Part shown: piece by piece, positions 12,314 through 24,390 of the stretch
Layout of the letters: the number at the start of each line of letters is the position of its first letter
Position numbering within the stretch: the first letter of the stretch is position 1
Assembly: GCF_001194135.2 (NCBI RefSeq)
Contig: NC_068988.1
Coordinates: forward strand, 91,020,658-91,054,961
Length of the DNA: 34,304 nt
Reading direction: 5' to 3'
From: Octopus bimaculoides
Lineage: Eukaryota
The notes under the pieces: generated by a model
The model's input: only the letters and a program-made list of their open reading frames with translations
Told to the model about the DNA's origin: nothing
Databases searched by the model: none
Translations under genes and position numbers: made by a program

Positions 12314-12779
12314 TATATATATGTTTATGTATACATATAGTTGAAAAAGGTATTAAGAATCCATACAAATCAAAAGTTATAGTTGAAAAGTAAAAGCGAA
12401 ACATGAAAGTATGTTTAAAGATTGCTTCATATTTGTTACATAGAATGACTTTTTATGAAATATAAACGGTTTCAATGTGTACGTTCATCTTATCAAATAT
12501 TAAGAACTGGAATTCAAAAATTAGGGCATAAGAAAAAAATATTTTGTTCTCATATTTCTTGCATACCCAAAAAAATGTATGAAATTTCAGCTTAGAATTT
12601 CTTCTTATACATGTTATCTATCTAGGGGTCTTCAATGGGGTTGAAGAATTTTATTGAGTAGAAAAGTTTTCTTCTCAATTGAATTGCAAGTTTCTATTCA
12701 GGATATGGTCAGCTGTGTGTGCAAGTGCATGCGTGTTTTGTTTTGTTGTTTTGGTGGGTATGCTGTTCTGTGGAAGGAA

Positions 12780-13490
12780 ATATTATTGTGTCAAAACAAT
12801 TTTTATTTCTTTTTTATCCAGGAAATGGTTAGCTGTATGTATATATTTTATGAAATAAGTGGGTGGGTCTGGTACTATTGTACATATTTGTTTTGGTAGG
12901 TTAAAGGGAATGCCCAATTTTGTGTGTTGTGGGTGATATAATGTCAACAGAAGGTACTGCTTGGAGTCCATGGTTTTATAGAACTTATCCGTTTCTATTT
13001 TGTCATCCGCGCTGGTGATTGCGATATCTAGAAAGGCAAGTTCCTTAGAGTTAAACTCCATTATGAATTAGATGTTGTTGCTTAGGTTGATCAGCAAATT
13101 TTTGAATTCTGTAAGTATATCAAGATTATCCTGTCATTAGATACAGCAATCATCCAAGTATCCTTTCCAGGTATTTTTAAGTTGTGTATGAAATGTATCT
13201 CCGAATAGAAGAAGGGAATGGTTGTAAAGCTTAAGTTCATGGAATCCCATGACTAAATTGGCATATGTAGAGGCTACCTTCGTACCCATTGCTGTTCCTC
13301 ATATTTGCCTGTACGCTGATCAATGGATCAGCATACAGGCAAAAGAATTGCTCTGTAGAATGAATTTGATGTCAATGTCTTTTTTTATGCGTTCAGCAGT
13401 TCAGGTTGGTGTGTGTCCAGTCAGTACTGAATTGCAGTTATTCTTTAGTCATAGTGTATGTTCGTGTGTAGGTTGACAACATCAAAGAAA
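12780..13490 (-). mobile_element. Penelope-like element RT fragment
   Basis: FDVVNL.., GTAMGTKVASTYANLVMGF.., LAFLDIAITSADDKIETDKFYKTMDSKQYLL..HPQHTKLGIPFNL. Confidence 0.88.
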
Positions 13491-13626
13491 GCAGAAAACT
13501 GTTCCTGTTGAATTGGTTCTTTATGTATACTATGACATGAAAAGAAAGATTAATACACACAGACGTACATACATGCATGGTAGATGCAAATATATACATA
13601 CACACATTCATATGCATGTATATACC

Positions 13627-13994
13627 CTACAGTACAGTGGTTGAATTATCTTTTTGAGTGTTTTTGCCATCTTCAATAAGCAATTCTCGCTTTTTCGGCA
13701 TCGTTAAGCGTAATTTTCCCCAGAATTTCTCAAGTTTGCACCTATCTTCTTCATTGGACCCTGGCCATTCCAAATAGGTGATTGACTTGAGGATGTAAGA
13801 AAGGTTTTTGTCCAGTTCTAGTTTATTTAAGTCACGGAATATAATTGGGATGATCTTTTGACGTTTCTTAAGCATTTCCTGGTGAGCAATTTGATATTCC
13901 ATGCGTGTCCATTCGCTGATCACATAATCAGGGGACAGAACTAAGATTGTTCGTCGACTCTTCTCCACAGCGTTAATTATGTTGTTGGAAATAG
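13627..13994 (-). CDS. EGF-TM-TIR receptor, coding exon 4 (TIR C-terminal half and stop)
   Basis: Acceptor ttttttcttgcag|CT; phase 1 completes ACT. Reads TISNNIINAVEKSRRTILVLSPDYVISEWTRMEYQIAH..IIPIIF..TYLEWP..KFWGKLRLTMP..TVL*, with TIR boxes 2-3. Confidence 0.93.
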
Positions 13995-14084
13995 CTGCAA
14001 GAAAAAAGGCAAAAATAAGAGTTGTTGTCGCCGTTCTTGTTGTTTAGCACCAAGTAAGCCCCAATACGGCAAATCTATTTTATT

Positions 14085-14141
14085 CTTTTATTCTTTTACT
14101 TGTTTCAGTCATTTGATTGCGGCCATGCTGGAACATTACCT
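14085..14141 (-). mobile_element. SINE 3' tail fragment
   Basis: tattcttttattcttttacttgtttcagtcatttgattgcggccatgctgg, same tail as at 23255 and 32445. Confidence 0.75.
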
Positions 14142-14754
14142 TAATATGTTTAATAATGGTCCAGCATTGGCCATCCCATCTTTATTTACAGCAGATTCTA
14201 CATGCGTTTTACTCCACCGTTTATTTTAGACGGTACAGTATGATTTGAGGGAACTTTGACTGCTACTTCTACTAGGTGGATCGATCCCACAAAAATTATT
14301 TCCTTGGTTCGTAAAACTGAAGTATTCAGATATGCTAATAAATTAATTGAATTATAATTGAATTATACTTGTTTCGCGTCCGAATATTATGAATTCTGGC
14401 CCACTTTAATAGAATTAGGAAATGAGTTCTTTCTGCTAGAAAATGAAGAGGAGAAGCATCTAAACTTTTAAAACCAAAAACAAATATCATGCGTAGAAAT
14501 TAATAATTTACATTCGTATTTATTTAAATTTCCCCCATATCATAACTAGTAAAACTGCTAATTAAAGTGGTAGACTAAGAATTATACTTGAAGCTAATTG
14601 GATAACGATAATCTACGCGGAGCTTTAACTCATACAGTAGTAGTACAACTAACTGCACACGCGAGATAAATACATACATAAACATATACGTATATATACA
14701 TATTTATGTGTATATGTACACATGTTCATACACATATATTTACATATACAAAAC

Positions 14755-14815
<61 letters not shown>

Positions 14816-15702
14816 GGGGGTGTGTGTATATATATAAATATTCTAAAAATCTTAGGGAATAATAAGTATTCCAGGTTTTCAGGAACTACCTAATTGTCTA
14901 GTAAGTTAATTTCCACTAACCTTTATATTCTGTAACTTTAAAATCTACTCGTAGAAAACACTTTCATCATAAAGATATTTTACTAGTAGCATTAGGGAAC
15001 TTTCAATAGTTACAACGACTTTAGAATAATCATAACATAGTAATGGTCTATCATACATGCAATACAATAGTAACTGATGAACTTAAGTAAAAGAGAATAA
15101 TTAGGTAATCTAGATCTTCAAATTGTAGCAGAACATATGTAATGATACGTACAATACCCCATTATAGCGTTAGACTGATACGATATATTCTTCTTTAAAC
15201 ATCGATTTTCCAAAGGAGAGATAAATTTGTTTTTCAAATTATAAAGGCATTTTCTCACTTGTATGTAGTAATTATGGTTAAAGGAATTAGCTTTAATTCT
15301 GCTCTTAGAAGTAGGCCTAAAGACGGGATTATACGTAGTATCATAATCAATGTTATTATAGGTGTTATCCCAAATTTCAGATACTAATTTTACTTTTGTT
15401 ATATGCTGCTATAAGTTCAACAAATGTCTGGTAGGTGAATAGGAAAATTTTACTTTATGGCAATTAAATAATTTACCATACTTACTTGGAAGTGGGAAAT
15501 ATTTATTCAGTGCCGTAAAGAATTTCCGAGGAATATTAGTAGCTATGTCAGATGCGAATCGTGCATTATATGAGATAATATTCCTTGATTTAATCTTTCT
15601 ATCTTTTATAGATACGTTTTTTTTATATTAATATTAGCATCATCAACGTTAGATATATTCTTGCCGTAATTTTTATGCTTAAAGTTATACATATCAATAA
15701 AC

Positions 15703-15707
15703 TCACA

Positions 15708-15770
<63 letters not shown>

Positions 15771-15941
15771 TACATTATTTACATTTGACGGATATTTCTC
15801 CTCATCTTGTTTGTTGTTAACACAACATTTCGGTTGATGTACCCTCCAGCCTTCAACAGGTGTCTTGGGGAAATTTCGAACCTGGGTTCTCATTCTTAAG
15901 GTATTTTTCGATGTTGTTATTAATCACTACGCCATATGCCC
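15703..15941 (-). mobile_element. Short repeat with tRNA-like 5' end, degenerate hammerhead and (AAT)n tail
   Basis: Minus strand: gggcatatggcgtagtg (A-box-like), then gacac-CTGTTGA-aggctggagggtacatcaacc-GAAA-tgtt-gtgtt, then an (AAT)n tail. Confidence 0.6.
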
Positions 15942-15943
15942 GT

Positions 15944-16022
15944 GGACATATGGCGTAGTGGTTAAGAGCGCGGGCTACTAACCCCAAGATTCCGAGTTCA
16001 ATTCTAGGCAGTGACCTGAATG

Positions 16023-16079
<57 letters not shown>

Positions 16080-16100
16080 GTAATAGTAATAATAATAATA
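15944..16100 (+). mobile_element. tRNA-derived SINE head with (AAT)n
   Basis: ggacatatggcgtagtggttaagagcgcgggctactaacccc..gagttcaattctaggc shows A and B boxes, followed by an AAT repeat. Confidence 0.75.
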
Positions 16101-16107
16101 ATAATAT

Positions 16108-16425
16108 CCTTAACTGGACACTAAATGAACTAGCGAAAATAGACAGGAAAATGAAAAATAATGACAGGCTCTGAGATACACCACCCAAAATCTGACATAG
16201 AAAGGCTATGTATACAACAATCAGAAGGTGGGAGAGGCCTTATACAGCTGGAAAACTATTATAAAATAACCACCATAGGACTGCAAAAATACCTACTTCA
16301 GAAGCAAGGAAAACTAATACAAATAGCCACAAAACACGGGCAAAACAAAAAACTGTTTTCAGTATATAAGGAAGCTGACAAATACAAACAAGAAATCATA
16401 CTACCTAATAATGAATAAATAAATA

Positions 16426-16479
<54 letters not shown>

Positions 16480-17010
16480 NNNNNNNNNNNNNNNNNNNNN
16501 NNNNNNNNNNNNNNNNNNNNNNNNNNNNNNNNNNNNNNNNNNNNNNNNNNNNNNNNNNNNNNNNNNNNNNNNNNNNNNNNNNNNNNNNNNNNNNNNNNNN
16601 NNNNNNNNNNNNNNNNNNNNNNNNNNNNNNNNNNNNNNNNNNNNNNNNNNNNNNNNNNNNNNNNNNNNNNNNNNNNNNNNNNNNNNNNNNNNNNNNNNNN
16701 NNNNNNNNNNNNNNNNNNNNNNNNNNNNNNNNNNNNNNNCTGCACAAGACCAAAGCCTCCCCACCAGAAATTACCAAAAACATATAATGAAAAGAAACAT
16801 TACAAGTAACTGCAGAATATGTGGAGATGGACAAGAAACAATAAATCATATTATCTCTGGCTGCCCAGTCCTGGCTAAGAAGGAATATATTCACAGACAC
16901 GACAGAGCTGGGACCTACATACACTGGAAGCTATGCCAACACTATGGAATAACAACAGAAAAAAGATGGTATAGGCACACGCCAGAAAAGGTCACAGAAA
17001 ACGAGCTATT
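16108..17010 (+). mobile_element. R4/Dong-like non-LTR retrotransposon C-terminal fragment (spans a gap)
   Basis: HHPKSDIERLCIQQSEGGRGLIQLE and the CCHC knuckle CRICGDGQETINHIISGCPVLAKKEYIHRHD. Confidence 0.8.
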
Positions 17011-17034
17011 TTATACATTTCCAGATATTTCTTA

Positions 17035-17900
17035 ATCCAGCTATGTGGTAGGCTATCAAAAGCTTTTTTATAGTCTATCATCCAAGCCCTTGACAAGTTT
17101 TTGTGTCGTTTGTGACAACCTTCCTATTGTTGAGTAACTGATCTTTACAACCATAAGATCCACGTATACATCGTTTTTGCTCATTAGGGAATATGCTATT
17201 TTCTATGATATTAAAAAAACTATGGGTATATTCAGTTAGGACAGATGTTAGCGTTTTATACATTGTTGTTAAGCAGGTTATGGGTCGATAATTTTTTGGA
17301 TCATTTGTTTCTTCATTTTTTTGGAAGCTGGAATGTTAAACCATTGACTAGCCAAGAGGGGATCATACTAGGATGTTGCAAAACATCGTTGTAAAGTTTT
17401 GTTAGTAGTTCTCTGGGAAGGAATTCAACCAGAAGCTAGGAATTGTATTCTTTCCTGAAGACTTCCGTTTGCTTGACCTCCTAAGGAGTCTAAGCCTGAA
17501 GCTATTCTATCAATCCAAGGGGCCTTTTCATTGTGTGTTTTCTCTTCTGCCCAAATTTTATTCCCAAATTCCTACACTTCTTTTGATGGGACAGACTTTA
17601 CTGTAACTGGTATCTTCCCTATCTTCCTGTAAAAATGTTGGGGGTTATTTTAGAACATGTTGTGCTTGAAGTATCTAACGCGCTTTTCATACCTTACTAT
17701 GCGGGCAGCTTTAGCACGTACTTATTGCCTGATGTTAGGGAACGGATCTGTCTGTTTAGGGTTAATTTTTTGAGACAACACCGTCTCCGAGTTCTCTGCA
17801 TGTAAACATTGCTCGTAACGTAACATCTGAAGGTTAACAGATCTATAGAGAGTATGTGACCCTTTGTGATCCGGTCGACGACTAATCTGGTTTCTAATTT
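17035..17900 (-). mobile_element. R4/Dong-like RT N-terminal fragment
   Basis: PKNEETNDPKNYRPITCLTTMYKTLTSVL..EQKRCIRGSYGCKDQLL. Confidence 0.8.
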
Positions 17901-17945
17901 GCTTTGTTGTCATTGAGGCATGACGAGCTTCGACGTTGTCATCAT

Positions 17946-17974
17946 CATTATTATTATTATTATTATTATTATTA

Positions 17975-18062
<88 letters not shown>

Positions 18063-18066
18063 ATAT
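17946..18066. repeat. (ATT)n plus (CTAT)n compound microsatellite
   Basis: Directly visible. Confidence 0.95.
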
Positions 18067-18764
18067 CTGTCTTTCTATTTATCAGGTTCAGCGCACATGA
18101 TTAGTCCTATTTGAAAATCAGAACGCTATTATATGTATTGATTGTAGACATAAAGCACGTTATATACATGTCTGCCGAATTACCGTGTCTCTATGGCATG
18201 AGACTATTAGTAGCGCTAATTTTAATACTGTCTACATTAAATGATATATGTGTGTGCGTGTGTGTGTTTGTGTATGTGTGTGAGTGTGTGTACACGCGCG
18301 TTCACACGTATATAAGCATCAAAGTATATTTGTATACACACTTAATATGGCTGCAAGTCTAAAGCATTAAAGCATTAACCATTACCATTGGCTCTCTTCT
18401 AGCTGATGGCTAGGGTGAAGGGAACGGTGTTGAATTAAGATATTTAGCGATTTAACCACAGAGAAAATTAAAACATTAAGTATGATATTTTCTGTGAATT
18501 CGAGTTCGATGCATATGAAAAGATAGTTGTATAACATTTCACTTGAAATAATTGTCAAATCATCTTCAAACTATACCCTATTGTTTTAAAAAAAGAAACG
18601 TTATATTGAATAATCTAATACTAGATATGTTATGTCTGATTGAAGGAAAGGCTGGACACGACTAGAACATGTATCATTAAAGGTCTACTGCATTAGGGCT
18701 GAACTGGTACTAAAAAACGACAACATAAAAGTAAAGAAAATTGAAAAGAGAACACGTGACTTAC

Positions 18765-18908
18765 TTTCACCGACAAGAAAGTCTCTGAAATGGACACACA
18801 ATTTAAAACCCATTTCATTCTCTAGGGTGGGAAACAGTGTGTTAAATACCCAATATTCATCCGATGTTGCAGAACGGAACGAGATGAAAGCGTCGTACTC
18901 TTTACCAT
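18765..18908 (-). CDS. EGF-TM-TIR receptor, coding exon 3 (TIR box 1 to BB loop)
   Basis: Acceptor gtgtatatttcag|AT, donor A|gtaagt, 144 nt, phase 1-1. Reads (D)GKEYDAFISFRSATSDEYWVFNTLFPTLENEMGFKLCVHFRDFLVGE. Confidence 0.93.
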
Positions 18909-19480
18909 CTGAAATATACACATATATAGTATAATCTACCAATGAGTAATAAAAATAAGAATCTATACTGCCCAATGTCAGTAATACAAATCAAAGAAAA
19001 CAGTGACAACGAGTGGAGAGAGAACAAAAACATGTTTAAAGAAATGATATCCACGGGATTTCATCACTTTAAGGCAGTGTCCCTACTTCCGACGATGTCA
19101 AACATTAAAAATTATTACCTGACGTGGTTTGGGAATATACTAGCATGCTTATATTCAGAATATGTTTACTTATGCACATATATGTTTTGTCTATGCCAAC
19201 ACACACGCTCCCCCCCCCCGCACACACACACACACACACACACNNNNNNNNNNNNNNNNNNNNNNNNNNNNNNNNNNNNNNNNNNNNNNNNNNNNNNNNN
19301 NNNNNNNNNNNNNNNNNNNNNNNNNNNNNNNNNNNNNNNNNNNNNNNNNNNNNNNNNNNNNNNNNNNNNNNNNNNNNNNNNNNNNNNNNNNNNNNNNNNN
19401 NNNNNNNNNNNNNNNNNNNNNNNNNNNNNNNNNNNNNNNNNNNAGCATTTTGCGACACCTTTAAAACCAGAAACTTTTCA

Positions 19481-19548
19481 GCACCCCACACACGCACCCC
19501 ACACACGCACCCCACACACGCACCCCACACACGCACCCCACACGCGCA
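19481..19548. repeat. 13-bp minisatellite (gcaccccacacac)n
   Basis: About five tandem copies visible. Confidence 0.85.
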
Positions 19549-20810
19549 CTTGCATGCACAGTATAACGACATTCCATCCTTGATGAACATTATAAACAAA
19601 AAATAAACTATGTTGCACTATGTAACTAAAAAGAATCCAAACATAACAGCAAAAGTAGACGGATCAGAATACTTAGCATATTTGAGAACTTCTCTCGTTA
19701 GCTGCCAATCGGATGTCAATGTGATATCGACATCTTAAAGCAGATCACTACTTCCGATGATGGCAAACAACATTGAGGATATGGTGTAATGCTGTTTGGA
19801 AATATACGGACATATTTGATCCCAGAATACAAATTACAAATGTATGAATTGTAAACAGTAATATACAAGACGAAAATTAACACTTTATCAACCAAGCCCA
19901 TTTTGCTCATTATTTGTGTGATGAGTAATTGGTGACTCCCTTAGTAAGCAAAGTGAGAAAGTATCTATAATTAAATACTAATAAATAAATACATACGAAA
20001 CATTACTTGATCTAAAAATGATGAAACACTAAAGTGGTGAAAAAAAAAGAATGTGCTAGATGATCAGTGTTCAGTTGCCGATCTTATTACGACTGACTCC
20101 AATTTTGCTCAGCAAACTCCCTCAAGTAATCTTATGATAAAGCACGAATATTTATTGAATTGGGACTCGTTGAGGATGGTAGGTACCGAAACTGGAGTGC
20201 TAATCATTAGCTAATGAGAAGGAATGATAAAAGGTGTAAAGAGAAGAAATAAAAACTGAAATAATGTTGAGTTAAAAACACACTCAAATTAACTTCGGGA
20301 GTAACGGTTAATACAGCCCAAGTACACACCCTACTACTAGTCTCCTTTAACCAAACGTACTTCTAATTTTACCACTATTCGTTATCTACCTTAAACTTTT
20401 AGCTTTTCACTTTAATAGTAAGCTTGAAATAACTACAAACTTATATCATTGTGGAAATCTTGACAACAATTAAATTGTTAATTAATATTTTCACATTATA
20501 ATTGCCTAATCATTCGTTTTATACGATTCGGAACCATGTAGTTGGGAAGCAAGCTTCTAACCGCACAGACACATACTGTGTGTTTGTGCCGTACTTCGTC
20601 TCTGAATGTACGAGTCGATATCTAATCAGGCAACAGGCAAGGTGTTTAACCTCCTTCTACCACGACACCAGAGCTGCCCGGGACTACCCACTGATGTAGG
20701 CGACAATGCTTCCGCACAACATGTGTACTATATATATTTTATCTTTGTCTCATAACCGTGCATCCCAAATTATCAAACTATATATATGTATATATATATA
20801 TATATATATA

Positions 20811-21011
20811 AGAAAGTTAAATGTTATGACCGGTCATAAAGTGACTATTGATTGGCTACCTATACCGCGCTCATCAGATTCAAATGGTTGAAGGCACATA
20901 AACTCTCTGCAACTAGACCAGTTGTAGGGAAGTTATGCGCCTATACTGATGAGCGCTTTATAGGTGCGAACCAATAATCACTCTGTGACCAGCCATAACA
21001 TTTAACTTCCT
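20811..21011. repeat. About 200-bp imperfect palindrome whose two arms each carry a degenerate HHR core
   Basis: The left arm agaaagttaaatgttatgaccggtcataaagtgact.. is the reverse complement of the right arm ..atcactctgtgaccagccataacatttaacttcct. CTGATGA at 20946-20952 (+) and 20871-20877 (-). Confidence 0.8.
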
Positions 21012-21289
21012 AAAAAATATATTACTGCTCTAATGATTTAGAGGTTTTTCGGATATATGAACTACTGACGGATACATGAACTACAGGTTCCGATTTCCAC
21101 TACTGAAGGTTACTCGTTTCCGATCGTAAGTTGGTAAACCGAGCCTGGTTTACTTTTGAAATATTCACTATCTGAATATGTTTTTAAATATGAAATAAAA
21201 GTTTGAAGAAAATGATTATCCTCATCTTCTTCTGTTTAAAAACTTTTGTGAATGACAAGTTAAATTCTTAATTAAATAGTTCATTTTCT

Positions 21290-21850
21290 GCCAGGATAAA
21301 AATATTAAAAACATATTGAATAGGAACAGTGTTAAAGCTAGTTATTCAGCTTGCAATAATTTCGTGTGTTATACCAGAAATTATGAAGCTGCGAAGCTAA
21401 ATAGAAGAGAGATGCAAACAGCTAGCCAACAAAGATCATGCAGCAGTAGAATTAATGAGAACTTTCCACTAGAAGGTAACTGTCTGGCAACGTCGATAGT
21501 ATTGAATGTCAAGGTTAAATCAAACAACGGTGATGAACCTAAACCATATACTGAGCAACGGAACTCACATTAAAAAACTGTCATTACAAGCATTCCTTTT
21601 TTAACCCCGATAGAAATGATGTAACGGCTTTGTAGAAAGTACATGGTTTTCATGAGACAAGCCCTCACGAATTCACAATTGGCTTGTCTATTGTAGATAG
21701 CGCGCAACCATACAGGAATGGAAGCTCCAAATCAAATATGCAGTGTGATTTTTGTCTGAGCGAAAAATTCAGAATTTTGACTCAAGGCAGTAATAGTTAG
21801 AACAAAAGAACTGAAGAATTAACGCCTTGAATGAACGCAACTAATTATCT
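21290..21850 (+). mobile_element. Penelope-like element GIY-YIG fragment, decayed
   Basis: LNRNSVKASYSAC..SCSSRINENFPLEGNCLATSIVLNVKVKSNN..PKPY resembles the PLE FNRNTVKVSYSC..CNCR..CPLxGxCL..VY region. Confidence 0.78.
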
Positions 21851-21974
21851 TTTACGTAAATACAAGCTTCCTTGAATTTCATTCTGGTTGAGGGGAAATG
21901 AACCGTTCGTTTCAAAATGTTTAATGAATAGGATTTATTGATAGATGATTTAATATGCGTGGATGCATGTTTAT

Positions 21975-22066
21975 GTGTACATATGTGTATATATACATAT
22001 GTGTATATATACATATGTGTATATATACATATGTGTATATATACATATGTGTATATATACATATGT
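21975..22066. repeat. 16-bp tandem repeat (atatatacatatgtgt)n
   Basis: Directly visible. Confidence 0.85.
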
Positions 22067-22139
22067 GTGTAGACGCATTCAAAATGAACATCCACATACA
22101 GTTACAGTTTTTTAAATCATTAAATTACAGTGACAGATG

Positions 22140-23220
22140 TTTTGATGGGAATCTTCAACCGTTATTCCTTGTGCTGATATTTGTGTAAATGTTCAATAAC
22201 AGGAGATTCCCTATATTTATTCTAGGACTGTCTTTTTTCCGAATGGCAATGTATATCAATTTTGCGATAATATCATGTCGCATAGGGACGTAGTATCTTA
22301 ATGACACTTTTGGACAGCTATTAACCACATGTTTGATGTCTTCCACGGAAATATGACATAATCTACATTTACTGTTGCATCTTAGAATTCCAAGCGCTTC
22401 GTTGTCTCTTTTGTTGATTAGATATTTAGCAGCATTCTCCTGTTCTTGGATTGCAAATGCATAACCTTCGAAATGTGATGCGATGTAGCGGTCACGAGTT
22501 CAAGAGAGGCTTCACATCATGTCAATGTTACTATCTTCTTCAAGTCTTCGAGAAACATACACTTGCATGGCATTTTTTTTGGTTTGCTGTGCTTTTCACC
22601 TCCAGGTCTTCTTCGAGGTATGTTAGCCCGGCTGATTTGAGGGTTGTATGGGAGGTTGTGAGGGAAAGAGTACTTCCTGAGGAGCTCACCTCCAACACGT
22701 AGGATATTGTTGCCTTCACTTTTCAGCACTGAGTTAATGTATTTATTTTGCTGCCGGTTTTTTTTAGCAAGTGTTCTCTGTGAGAGACTATGCGACATTC
22801 GAAAGCTGTCTCAAGCGTCTACCTCTTTTATCACTTCTTAGGTAGAACGTGTCGATATCAGTAATTTTGTGAATATTTCTAGTTGATATTAGAATCTTGC
22901 GGGTTTTAATGTATTTAGAGTGGATTTATTCGATGGACCAGTTAAGTATCCCAAATGTTGGAATCAGCATTGGCATTGTAGATGCATTGTGGGATATTGT
23001 CTTGTTGCAAGAGGTGAGTTGAGACTGCTATATTTTTCTTAGTCTCGTGTAATATTCTTGGATCAGTCTATCTTTATTGACAACAACTTTGTATGATATA
23101 TTTTCATCAATGTAGCTTTCTTTGTGTGGGACAGGAGAGATAGTGTTACCATTGATGCACAAAGTTTGTGTCTGGGGAATTAAGAACATTTCTTCTGGCC
23201 AAATTCTATTCCTATCTCAG
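22140..23220 (-). mobile_element. R4/Dong-like non-LTR fragment, decayed
   Basis: NKISAINQLAIPMLTYSFGILNW.. and CRLCHISVEDIKHVVNSCPKVSLRYYVPMRHDIIAK (CCHC knuckle). Confidence 0.78.
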
Positions 23221-23254
23221 CTGAAAATGTTCATTCCTGCTACTTTTTTAGCAT

Positions 23255-23743
<489 letters not shown>

Positions 23744-24108
23744 TTGTTAATTTAGCAAAAGTCTTGAGGTCATTCACATTAATATCTCTAATGTATGTAT
23801 ATATGTATGTATGTATGTATGTATATATGCATGCATGCATGCATGCATGTATGTATGTATGTATGTATGTATGTATGTATGCATGTATATCTCTTCTATT
23901 TTCTAATTATTATAAATCTTCCACTTTGGAAGGAGCCAGCTTCCAACAAAGATACAAGGCTCTATCTTTGGGATGTAGATAACACAGACAAATTCACATT
24001 TGGAACTTGAGAAAAGTGAAATCAAGAGAAGACTGAGGATAGTCAAGAAGATCATATCCCTGAATAGTATATGGAAGGATAAGGCCATCTTCTTGCGAAC
24101 AAAAAGCG

Positions 24109-24150
<42 letters not shown>

Positions 24151-24154
<4 letters not shown>

Positions 24155-24390
24155 GTAAAAATATGTGACAATTATTCGGTAGCCATGATAAAACTCCGAA
24201 TTTCGGATGCCGGGGCGGAAACCCACGCCACCATCTCTTCAGTTATCTGGCCATTGAAAATTCCTATAGAAATGACCGTTAACAGTCAACCACACAGTAA
24301 TTTCCCTTCGTTTAACGGTCATTTTTATAGGCATCCGAAACTCGGAGTTTTATCATGGCTACCGAATAATTGTCACATATTTTTACAGAT
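24151..24390. mobile_element. Palindromic element with 61-bp terminal inverted repeats and an inner 20-bp inverted repeat
   Basis: 24151-24211 vs 24330-24390 differ at one position; 24263-24282 vs 24312-24331 differ at one position. Confidence 0.88.
24182..24251 (-). ncRNA. Putative type-I hammerhead ribozyme
   Basis: gccagataa-CUGAAGA-gaug..cauc(c)-GAAA-uucgga-GUU-uuauc-a-uggc. Stem I is 5+4 bp, stem II has a bulge and an inner ggcg/cgcc helix, stem III is 3 bp, and the cleavage triplet is GUU. Confidence 0.6.

Noticed and set aside
15944-16015. tRNA gene-like sequence (also the heads at 11197, 23743, 26747 and 28569)
   Set aside because: A and B boxes are present but there is no closed acceptor stem, and each continues into a repeat body or tail, so these are SINE heads.
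15853-16188. Poly-Leu, poly-Asn, HT/YI/CV-repeat ORFs throughout the window
   Set aside because: Translations of (AAT)n, (CA)n, (TA)n and (TACA)n microsatellites.
18685-18975. ORF-track proteins 18685-18975, 24383-24610 and 13627-13968 as stand-alone genes (TIR-only or TM peptide)
   Set aside because: Each contains an internal exon with proper splice sites and is better explained as part of the spliced EGF-TM-TIR gene.
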